Source of the DNA: Nocardia terrae
Lineage (GTDB): Bacteria; Actinomycetota; Actinomycetes; Mycobacteriales; Mycobacteriaceae
Direction: 5' to 3'
Assembly (NCBI RefSeq): GCF_009760405.1
Contig: NZ_WRPP01000010.1
Span: forward strand, 250,711-274,710
Length of the DNA stretch: 24,000 nucleotides
The position numbers and the translations under genes are program-made. Under the pieces are notes generated by a model. That model had not been told where the DNA came from and did no database searches. It saw only the letters and a list, made by a program, of their open reading frames with translations. Below are positions 15,741 to 23,347 of this stretch, in pieces (position 1 is the first letter of the stretch; every line of letters begins with the position of its first letter).

Positions 15741-16498
15741 GCGGTTCTCCCTTCGGCCTGGGCCGCGGCGATCGCGGATTCAAGCGCCGTTCCGAGACCG
15801 CGACGCGGTTTGGGCGGCGGGGCCGCGAACGAACCGGCCCGGTGCGGCCCGGACGCGAGACCGACGACGGCCTCGGCGAACCGGATGCCCGCCCCGATGC
15901 CGTCGACGACGGGAACCGGGATCTCGGCCATGACATCGCGGGCGAGGCCGGCCAGCGGCGCACCGGCGAGGATCACGACATCGGCACCGTCGTCGGCGAC
16001 CGCGCGCTGTGCCAGCTCCACGAGTGGTGCGCGGAAATCGTCCTGGACGGAACCGATTCCGCGCAGTGCCTGTTTGATCGACCGGATCGAGGCGAGGCGA
16101 TTCCCGAACCCGAAGTGCTCGACGCATTCGCGATACCACGGCGTGATGCGGTCCGAGATCGCGATGATCGAGAAGCGCCGGCCCTGCAGCGCCGCCGCAC
16201 ACAACGCGGCCTCGGTGATCCCGATGACGGGCACGTCCACGAGCTCTTTGAGAGCGGGCATGCCCGGATCGCCGAACGCGGCGACCACCACACCGTCCAC
16301 ATCGCGATGCTCGGCGATCAGCTCCGCGACGGCCTGCGCGGCGAGCAGCGCCTCGAACCTGGTCTCGATGTACTCGACTCCGTGAGCGGCCGTGCGCACG
16401 AGGAGTCCCGTCGTCGGTGCCACCGAGCGCATCGCCTCGGCACGGATCAACTCGGTGACGTCGTCGCTGATGTTGGGGTTGACGACGAGAAGTCTCAT
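15737..16498 (-). CDS. Asp/Glu/hydantoin racemase family protein (hydantoin racemase-like)
   Basis: MRLLVVNPN N-terminus, two conserved Cys contexts (GITEAALCAA and ...), about 250 aa, and genetic coupling to the hydantoinase. GAGGGA lies 5 nt upstream of the ATG. Confidence 0.8.
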   Translation of the reverse strand: MRLLVVNPNISDDVTELIRAEAMRSVAPTTGLLVRTAAHGVEYIETRFEALLAAQAVAELIAEHRDVDGVVVAAFGDPGMPALKELVDVPVIGITEAALCAAALQGRRFSIIAISDRITPWYRECVEHFGFGNRLASIRSIKQALRGIGSVQDDFRAPLVELAQRAVADDGADVVILAGAPLAGLARDVMAEIPVPVVDGIGAGIRFAEAVVGLASGPHRAGSFAAPPPKPRRGLGTALESAIAAAQAEGRTA

Positions 16499-16513
16499 GA
16501 AGATCCCTCTCTC

Positions 16514-17158
16514 TCAGATGGTTTCGGGGTATTGCGCGCGGTACTTGTCGATGTGCTGCGCCGACTGCGCCGCCGCGCGCTCGGGGTCGCCGCTCGCGAT
16601 GGCGGCGAGCAGGTCGCGGTGCTCTTGCACGAGCTCGGGCAGGTTGGTGACGTGGCGGAAGAGCCAGTGCATGCGACCCTGCAGCGGCTCGAGCGCCGTT
16701 CGGAGGAAGCGGTTGTCGGCGATCCTGGTGATCTCGTCGTGGAATTCGCTGTTGGCCCGATGCGCCTCGTTGATGCTGCCGCGGGACAACGCGTCCACGG
16801 CGCGGTCGAGAATGCCCTCGAGTCGTGCGAGGTCCTCGGCGGTGGCGCGCTGGGCGACAAGCGAGCAGGCGAGCACTTCCAGTGAGTGCCGCACTTCGAA
16901 CAGATCCGCCACATCCTTCTCGCTCAGCTCCGCGACCACCGAACCGCGTCCGCGTTCGGTGACCAGGCCCTCCTGGACGAGCATCCGCAGCGCCTCGCGA
17001 ACCGGGAGCCGGGAGACATCGAACTCGGCGGCGAGGTCGCGTTCGACGAGCCGCGTGCCCGGGGCGTAGTGGCCTTCGAAGATGCGCGTCCGAAGCCTGT
17101 CGCGGACCACCTCACGCAGCGGGCGATCTCGCTGTGGCGCTTCGACGGGCGGTGTCAT
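16514..17158 (-). CDS. GntR-family (FadR/FCD subfamily) transcriptional regulator
   Basis: N-terminal wHTH (LVERDLAAEFDVSRLPVREALRMLVQEGLV) plus a helical FCD-like C-terminal domain. ATG 17158 has GAGGAGAAG upstream. Confidence 0.9.
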   Translation of the reverse strand: MTPPVEAPQRDRPLREVVRDRLRTRIFEGHYAPGTRLVERDLAAEFDVSRLPVREALRMLVQEGLVTERGRGSVVAELSEKDVADLFEVRHSLEVLACSLVAQRATAEDLARLEGILDRAVDALSRGSINEAHRANSEFHDEITRIADNRFLRTALEPLQGRMHWLFRHVTNLPELVQEHRDLLAAIASGDPERAAAQSAQHIDKYRAQYPETI

Positions 17159-17213
17159 CACGTCTTCTCCTCGAGTCGGGCTTCTGATTCGATTTCCATT
17201 CGAGCACACCGGG

Positions 17214-18566
17214 TTACACCGGCAGCCGCCTGCTGTAATCGAGAGTGAGGACGCTGCCGCCCATGAGGATCGCAGCACCCACGAAGTACAGCAGCGCGCC
17301 CGTGTAGCCGCCCGTCGCTCCCACGATGAATCCGACGGCGATCGGCGTCACGAAGCCCGAGATATTGCCGGCCAGGTTCATCGCGCCGCCCAGGACTCCG
17401 GCGTTCGTACGGCCGCCGAGGGTTGCCGGAACAGACCAGAACAGTCCCACCCAGCGCAGGAAGAACAGCACCAACGACAGCAGCGCCACCGCGGCGATGG
17501 GCTTGCTCACGATCGTCACGCCTACCAGGCCCATGACGACGAACAGGCTCGAGACACCCAGCAACGAGCGCATGACGACATTGGTGTGGAATCCCTTGAC
17601 GCGGAGCCGGTCGGCGAGCAGGCCGCCGAGGATCTCCCCGACGAAGCCCGCACCGAAGATCACGAACGTCGACCAGCCGATCGAGGCGAGCTTGAAGCCC
17701 TTGGCCTCCGACAGATACAGCGGCCCCCAGGTGAGCAGGCCGTAGAACACGCCGTTGAAGCCGAGCCAGCCCAGGCACATCGCCCAGAACGAGCGGAACT
17801 TCAGATACGGCAACAGGCCACGGCGGGTCGTGCCGCCCTCGGCGAGCGCCGCCTCGTCCTCGGCCCGGTGCGACGCCTCGATATACGCGGCCTCGGCCTC
17901 GTTGACTCCCGGGTGCTGACGCGGGTTGTCCCGCACGTACCACCACACCAGCGCCCCGAGCAGCGCCGTCACGACGCCGGCGATGATGAACGCCATCCGC
18001 CAGCCGCCGAATGCCGCGATCAGTCCCGTCACGAGGATGCCGCCGACGCCCGCGCCGAGCGGAGCACCGGCGTCGAGAATCGTTGCCCCACGGCCACGTT
18101 CCTTGGAATGCATCCATATCGCATTGAGCTTCCCGCCCGCGGGCATCACGCCGGCCTCGGTGACGCCGATGCCCATGCGTGCGATGAACATGCTGACGAA
18201 CCCGCCGGCCAACCCCGAGGCCGCGGTCGCGGCACCCCATCCGACACACGAGGCCGTGATGACCTTGCGCGGGCCGAAGCGGTCGATCAGTAAGCCGACC
18301 GGCACCTGCATGGCGGCATAGGACCAGAAGAACGCTGAGAGCAGAAGGCCCACGAGAGTATGCGAGAGCCCGAAGTCCTTCTGGATGAGGGGGAGCGCGA
18401 CCGAGATCGAACCCCGGTCGACATAGTTGATGGCCACGAGAAACAGCAGCAGGACGAACAGCTTCCACCGGACGTTCGTCCGCGCGACCGGGGCGATGTC
18501 CACGGTGTGCGGTGGTAGGGCATTGGCAGCAGTGCCTTTGCCCGAGGTCTCCTCTTGAAGGGACAT
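17214..18566 (-). CDS. MFS transporter, anion:cation symporter (ACS)-like
   Basis: 12 TM segments. MFS signatures: LLIDRFGPRKV (loop 2-3) and DRLRVKG. ATG 18566 is preceded by GAAGGAGGAG 5 nt upstream; ATG 18584 is an upstream alternative. Confidence 0.9.
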   Translation of the reverse strand: MSLQEETSGKGTAANALPPHTVDIAPVARTNVRWKLFVLLLFLVAINYVDRGSISVALPLIQKDFGLSHTLVGLLLSAFFWSYAAMQVPVGLLIDRFGPRKVITASCVGWGAATAASGLAGGFVSMFIARMGIGVTEAGVMPAGGKLNAIWMHSKERGRGATILDAGAPLGAGVGGILVTGLIAAFGGWRMAFIIAGVVTALLGALVWWYVRDNPRQHPGVNEAEAAYIEASHRAEDEAALAEGGTTRRGLLPYLKFRSFWAMCLGWLGFNGVFYGLLTWGPLYLSEAKGFKLASIGWSTFVIFGAGFVGEILGGLLADRLRVKGFHTNVVMRSLLGVSSLFVVMGLVGVTIVSKPIAAVALLSLVLFFLRWVGLFWSVPATLGGRTNAGVLGGAMNLAGNISGFVTPIAVGFIVGATGGYTGALLYFVGAAILMGGSVLTLDYSRRLPV

Positions 18567-18640
18567 CAGCTCCTCCTTCAACATGGGGAAAGGTCCGTCC
18601 GGCTCGTGCGCGGCCGTCCTGGGAGGCAAGTAGAGAATAT

Positions 18641-18664
18641 CTTGGGATCCCGCAGTGGGATTCC
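18641..18664. promoter_or_regulatory. Candidate operator, copy 1 (cTTGGGATCCCgcagTGGGATtCC)
   Basis: Contains the 8-bp palindrome GGGATCCC plus the half-palindrome TGGGATTCCA. Lies in the divergent MFS/FAH intergenic region and is repeated 59 nt downstream. Confidence 0.45.
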
Positions 18665-18699
18665 AGGATCGTAAGTGCACGTCAGGCCGCAGTCAAGAC

Positions 18700-18723
18700 T
18701 TTGGGATCCCAATGTGGGATCCT
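18700..18723. promoter_or_regulatory. Candidate operator, copy 2 (tTTGGGATCCCaatgTGGGATCCt)
   Basis: Same bipartite motif as 18641-18664: TTGGGATCCC-N4-TGGGATyC. Confidence 0.45.
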
Positions 18724-18872
18724 ATCGGAATGCTGCTGGGAGAAGTGGGCAGAAGCGCTGATCGCGGCTCTGCGGAAACGACTGGAGGGTTCTCCATTAC
18801 TCACTCGCTGAAAAACGCCGTGAACCGCTCGCCACAGTTCACGGCGCCGTCGATCCATCCGGGAGTCCAGTC

Positions 18873-19727
18873 GTGAAGCTGCTGCGGGTAGGGGCCAAGG
18901 GTTTCGAAAAGCCCGCGGCCATCGATGATCAGAGCGTGCTGCGCGACCTGTCGTCCGTTACCGGCGACATCGACGGGCAGCTGCTCGGCGACCCGGTCGC
19001 GCTGCAAACCGTCCAGAGCGCACTGGCCTCGGGCACCCTGCCCGAGCTGGATGCCGACCGGATCGGCGCTCCGATTGCCCGGCCCGGCAAGGTGATCGGA
19101 ATCGGGCTCAACTACACCGACCACGCCGCCGACATCGGCGCGGCCATTCCCGAGCGACCGGTGGTGTTCCTCAAGCCGGGCACCACGATCAACGGACCGT
19201 ACGACCCCATCGAACTACCGCGCGGCAGCGAGGCCACCGATCACGAGGTGGAACTGGGCGTGGTGATCGGGCAGCGGCTGCGCGATTGCGCCGATCCCGT
19301 CGCCGCGCTGGGGGCGGTCGGAGGGTATGTCACCGCCAACGACATCACCGAGCGCAGTCGTAACGCGGGGGAACCGACCTGGGCGAAGGGGAAGTCCTAC
19401 GACACCTTCACACCGATCGGTCCGTGGCTGGTGACGCCGGACGAGGTCGCCGAACCGCAGTCGCTGAGCCTGCAGCTGTGGGTCAACGGCGAACGGCGGC
19501 AGTCGAGTACGACCCGGAACATGGTCGCCGGGGTCGGTGAGCTGCTGGTGTACCTGAGCTCGCTGATGACGATGGAACCGGGCGATCTGGTGCTGACCGG
19601 AACGCCCGGGGGCGTCGCGGCCGGCAGGCTGGAACCGAAACCGTATCTGCGCGACGGGGATGTCGTCGTCGCGGAGGTCGCCGGCTTGGGGCGCCAGCAG
19701 ACCTTGGCCACCGGCGTGCGTGGGTAG
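18873..19727 (+). CDS. Fumarylacetoacetate hydrolase (FAH) family protein
   Basis: FAH-domain pattern: GIGLNYTDHA, HEVELGVVIG (metal-binding E/E/D context), KGKSYDTFTPIGPWLVT, GDLVLTGTPGGV. GTG start with GGGAG 8 nt upstream. Confidence 0.9.
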   Translation: MKLLRVGAKGFEKPAAIDDQSVLRDLSSVTGDIDGQLLGDPVALQTVQSALASGTLPELDADRIGAPIARPGKVIGIGLNYTDHAADIGAAIPERPVVFLKPGTTINGPYDPIELPRGSEATDHEVELGVVIGQRLRDCADPVAALGAVGGYVTANDITERSRNAGEPTWAKGKSYDTFTPIGPWLVTPDEVAEPQSLSLQLWVNGERRQSSTTRNMVAGVGELLVYLSSLMTMEPGDLVLTGTPGGVAAGRLEPKPYLRDGDVVVAEVAGLGRQQTLATGVRG

Positions 19728-19807
19728 CGATCCCGAAAGGCGCTCCGCTTCGGGCCAAATACGGAGTGGGGTTCTGGGGCTAGCCTGTGTGTCGGGTCCG
19801 GGTTGCA

Positions 19808-19880
19808 CGCTGTCCGAATCGGACGGCGTCGCGGGGCAGAAGATCAAGTGGCCGTGGCGATCTGACGTCCGCGAACGCAC
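19808..19880 (+). repeat. Interspersed repeat, diverged copy D
   Basis: The cgctgtccgaatcggacggcg hairpin replaces the gcgctga..tcagcgc hairpin while pairing is preserved. It is followed by gcggggcagaagatcaagtgg, which matches copy C (gcggggcggaagatcaagtgg). Confidence 0.55.
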
Positions 19881-19919
19881 TGAACTGCCGAGTGGCGCAC
19901 GTCGCAGGCCCTGCTGTGG

Positions 19920-21107
19920 TCACCGGTTGACGGCCAGCACTGCGGCGAGACCGTCTTGCAAGTCCTTGACGAACTGTTCGGGAACCTCCAGCGACGGGAA
20001 ATGGCCGCCGGTTTCGGGCGCGTGCCATCGGACGATCTGACGGAATCGTTCCTCTGCCCACGGGCGTGGGCACTTCTCGATGTCGTGGGGATACATGCTG
20101 AGCGCCGACGGGACGTCGACCCGAAGGTCAGGGTCGAACGCGTTGATGCCGCCGTGGCTTTCGGAGTAGATGCGGGCCGACGATGCGCCGGTCCGTGTCA
20201 ACCAGTACAGGGTCACGTTGTCGAGAACGCGATCCACGGAGACAGTCTCGAATGGGCTGTCTTCGGTGTCGGTCCACTCGGCGAACTTGTCGAGGATCCA
20301 GGCGAGAAGCCCGACCGGAGAGTCGACGAGTGAGTATCCGATGGTCTGCGGTCGGGCCGCCTGAAGCTTCGCGAACGCCGCCCGGGGCCCCTCCCAGAAA
20401 TCCCGGGTTGCCTCGACCCAGGTGCGATCGGCCGCCGATAGCCCGTCCGTTGTCAATCCGGGCGGTGCCTGTGGGGTGAGCGTGTGGATACCGAGAACAT
20501 GCTCCGGAAACCTGGCGCCGAGGACCGTTGTGATCACCCCTCCCCAGTCACCGCCGTGCGCTACGAACTCGGTGTAACCGAGCCTGTCCATCAGTTCCAC
20601 CCAGGCGGTCGCGATCTTTCCGATTCCCCACCCGGTGATCGCCGGCTTCTCGCTGTAGCCGAAGCCTGGCAGCGACGGAATCACGACATGGAACGCCGGT
20701 GCGCCCGCATCTTTCGGATCCGCCAGTTCGTCTACAACATCGACGAATTCGGCAATGCTGCCCGGCCAACCGTGCGTCACGATCAGGGGAGTGGCGTCCG
20801 CGCGCGTGGACCTTCGGTGCAGGAAGTGAATGCCCAGGCCATCGATGGTCGTGCGGAACTGGCCGATCTGGTTGAGGCGCTCTTCGAACGATCGCCAGTT
20901 GTACCGGGTGCGCCAATAGTTCACGAGATCGACGAGATCGGCGAGCGGAACGCCCTGCTCCCATCGGCGAGGACCGGGCTCGGCACGATGGACCGTCTCG
21001 GTCTCCGGTAATCGCGCCGTGGCCAATCGCGTGCGCAGATCGTCGAGTTCGGCGTCGGTCGCGTGGGCTTCGAATGCTTGAACGTCGACGTGGCCGAGTG
21101 CGGACAT
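19920..21107 (-). CDS. Epoxide hydrolase (microsomal-EH type: N-terminal EHN domain plus alpha/beta hydrolase)
   Basis: Motifs: DAELDDLRTRLATARLPE...YWRTRYNWRSFEERLN...IHFLH (EHN domain) and HGWPGS oxyanion motif. ATG 21107 is preceded by AGGAGG. Confidence 0.9.
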   Translation of the reverse strand: MSALGHVDVQAFEAHATDAELDDLRTRLATARLPETETVHRAEPGPRRWEQGVPLADLVDLVNYWRTRYNWRSFEERLNQIGQFRTTIDGLGIHFLHRRSTRADATPLIVTHGWPGSIAEFVDVVDELADPKDAGAPAFHVVIPSLPGFGYSEKPAITGWGIGKIATAWVELMDRLGYTEFVAHGGDWGGVITTVLGARFPEHVLGIHTLTPQAPPGLTTDGLSAADRTWVEATRDFWEGPRAAFAKLQAARPQTIGYSLVDSPVGLLAWILDKFAEWTDTEDSPFETVSVDRVLDNVTLYWLTRTGASSARIYSESHGGINAFDPDLRVDVPSALSMYPHDIEKCPRPWAEERFRQIVRWHAPETGGHFPSLEVPEQFVKDLQDGLAAVLAVNR

Positions 21108-21385
21108 GAGACCTCCTGATTGTCGCGGAACCACCCGAGGTGACCAATCCTGCTGGGATACCCGAATTTCGCTTCGCTAACGAGTTGACGACAAACGTCA
21201 CAGAACGCTTTCGGCCGTGCGGTGGAAGCAGCAGGTACCGACCGAGGTCATCTGGGCCCTCCGAATGCACGGCATTGCCGATGAGCGTGTCAACGTATGC
21301 GCTGCCCGAAGCCCCTCATAGGCTCCGCGTCGAGCAAAGTCACGCAAGTCCGACCAACGGGAAGTGCGCCGGAAAGGATCCGACG

Positions 21386-21913
21386 ATGAGCGCAGGGGCC
21401 AAGCCGATTCGGCAGACCGAAGAGTTCCGGCGGCTCCAACACGACGAGCGTTTCCGAGCCTGGCTGCGGATGCAGGAAGCTGCGTTGGAGATCGAGTTCA
21501 TCGTCACCGATGTGCCAGAGCTGAACAACCTGGACGCGCTATGGTCCCGGGATGGGCTCGCCATCGTCGAAGAGGATGCGCTGCGCCGGTGGAGTTCCGA
21601 GCAGCAGGCGTTCACCGGCGATGAGTTCCCGATGGCGATGCGGTTCTGCTACTTCATCGGTGAAACGTTCCGCCGGGAAGTCGAGGGGAACTGGGTCGCC
21701 CTACCGCCGCATCCGCCGACGCGGGGGATGCGCTCGGTCATCGACGCCGAGTACCGGGCCCGCTTCTACGACCCCGCCGACATGCTCGGAATCGCCCTGC
21801 TGCGTCGCACGGGCGATCAGCTCTCCAAGATCTTCGGCTATGCCGTCGAGGCTCACCGCGAGTGGGTAGAGGCAGGTCGTCCGGCGCGGGGACACTGGCC
21901 CGGATCGGCGTAG
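21386..21913 (+). CDS. Hypothetical protein (175 aa)
   Basis: ATG with GGAAAGGA 7 nt upstream and coding-like composition. No motif recognised. The upstream part of ORF 21140.. lacks coding character. Confidence 0.55.
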   Translation: MSAGAKPIRQTEEFRRLQHDERFRAWLRMQEAALEIEFIVTDVPELNNLDALWSRDGLAIVEEDALRRWSSEQQAFTGDEFPMAMRFCYFIGETFRREVEGNWVALPPHPPTRGMRSVIDAEYRARFYDPADMLGIALLRRTGDQLSKIFGYAVEAHREWVEAGRPARGHWPGSA

Positions 21914-21935
21914 TTGAGGGCTAAGTAGTTGCAAG

Positions 21936-22430
21936 ATGGACCCAAACTCTGTTGGGGACACTGCGCATGAACGAGACGATACGAGGGGCAGTGTGGGTTT
22001 TAGAACTGTGGTGATCTCTGAGGATCTGCCGTACGCGTTGCCGACGTGGTTCGTCGAGGCCCATCCCGAGCTGCACTTCGGCAACGGCGTGGACGGATCG
22101 TCTCGCCTACCGATCGCGAGTCGCTTTGAGCGAAAGTTCTATGGCTCCAAGGACGATCCGCTCTTTCTCGACCTGCAGCGGGTGTTGAACGAAACTGCGT
22201 CATGGAGACACCATGTCGAGCTGATCCTGTTCCACGAGTGCGGTGGGATTACCAAGGTGCTGGTCACGCGCGACCGGATACGTATGGCCGAACCCACGGG
22301 CTGGTCCGAAGTCGACGAGATCGAACACTGGTTCTGCGGCTGCTCATTCGACACTCAAATTGAGCCCGCGCGCTCCGAACCCGAGATCGGGAAGGCCGTC
22401 AGCCCACAGGTCGGACCGGACGAAGAGTGA
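21936..22430 (+). CDS. Hypothetical protein (about 145-164 aa)
   Basis: ORF in a locally lower-GC stretch. Start is ATG 21936 or GTG 21993 (GAGGGG 4 nt upstream). No motif recognised. Confidence 0.5.
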   Translation: MDPNSVGDTAHERDDTRGSVGFRTVVISEDLPYALPTWFVEAHPELHFGNGVDGSSRLPIASRFERKFYGSKDDPLFLDLQRVLNETASWRHHVELILFHECGGITKVLVTRDRIRMAEPTGWSEVDEIEHWFCGCSFDTQIEPARSEPEIGKAVSPQVGPDEE

Positions 22431-22544
22431 CGATCCGAATCTGGGGCTTTGTCAGCACGCGCGACCTCCAGCACGGACACCGCACGATAATGCCGCTATG
22501 CCGCTCTGACCGATTCGGCCTGAGTGTGTGCCACGATCGGGTCC

Positions 22545-23183
22545 ATGGATCCACATGTGGCCGCCGAAGCGACTGTCGAGGCATGGAAGTCGCGGCTGGT
22601 CACGCTTGCGGACTGCCCGGAGTACGTGTTCGTGGACACGCCACAGGAGTTGATCGACGAGCATCGTGCCCGGCTAACCGCCTTCAACGGTTGTAGCGAC
22701 GCGGAAATCGAGGCAGTAGAGGCGCAGATCGGTGGACGGTTCCCCGCGGTGTTTCGCCAGTACCTGTTGCAGATGGGTGAGGAGTGCGGTGGCCTGTTCC
22801 GTGGCAGCGACCGAGCAGGCATACGCGGCTTCGACCGGCTGCGCGCCGACGCCCGCGAGATCGTCGACGAGGTCGGTGCTGGGTGGAGGCTGCCGACGGA
22901 TGCGGCCATCGTTCTCACACACCAGGGCTACATGTTCGACTATGTGCGTGCGGTCGGAGGGTTCGACACTCCGGTCATGCGGTGGACCGACGGGAAGCCG
23001 AACGAGGACACTCAGGTGGCGATCACGTTCGCACACTACGTCGACGCGCATCTGCAACTGATGGAGCACAACGCCCGCAGCACCCGGGCGCAAGGCGGCT
23101 ACTACCTCACCCTGCACCCTGGCGGTGGGCGACAAGTGCACCCCGCCCGCAACTCTAGCGACCGCCCACTCGATTCTCGGTGA
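22545..23183 (+). CDS. SMI1/KNR4 (SUKH-1) family protein, immunity-protein-like
   Basis: The central EIEAVEAQIGGRFPAVFRQYLLQMGEECGGLF matches the characteristic SUKH pattern (i..vE..lg..lP..y..fl...nG). Start is ATG 22545 or GTG 22524. Confidence 0.7.
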   Translation: MDPHVAAEATVEAWKSRLVTLADCPEYVFVDTPQELIDEHRARLTAFNGCSDAEIEAVEAQIGGRFPAVFRQYLLQMGEECGGLFRGSDRAGIRGFDRLRADAREIVDEVGAGWRLPTDAAIVLTHQGYMFDYVRAVGGFDTPVMRWTDGKPNEDTQVAITFAHYVDAHLQLMEHNARSTRAQGGYYLTLHPGGGRQVHPARNSSDRPLDSR

Positions 23184-23222
23184 AAGGCAAACCGGCGCCA
23201 ACGCACCACATTGCCGCGGACG

Positions 23223-23301
23223 GCGCTGACCGAACCGGCCAGCACAGCGGGGCGGAAGATCAAGTGGGGGTGTCGGTCTGAGGTCGACCGAACGTCCTGC
23301 A
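23223..23301 (+). repeat. Interspersed ~80-nt structured repeat, copy C (abuts the IS110 3' flank)
   Basis: gcgctgaccgaaccggccagcacagcggggcggaagatcaagtgggggtgtcggtctgaggtcgaccgaacgtcctgca. Confidence 0.85.
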
Positions 23302-23347
23302 CTGGCTCCCCTCTATGTCAACCCCGCGGAGTGGGGTTGGGGTTAGC

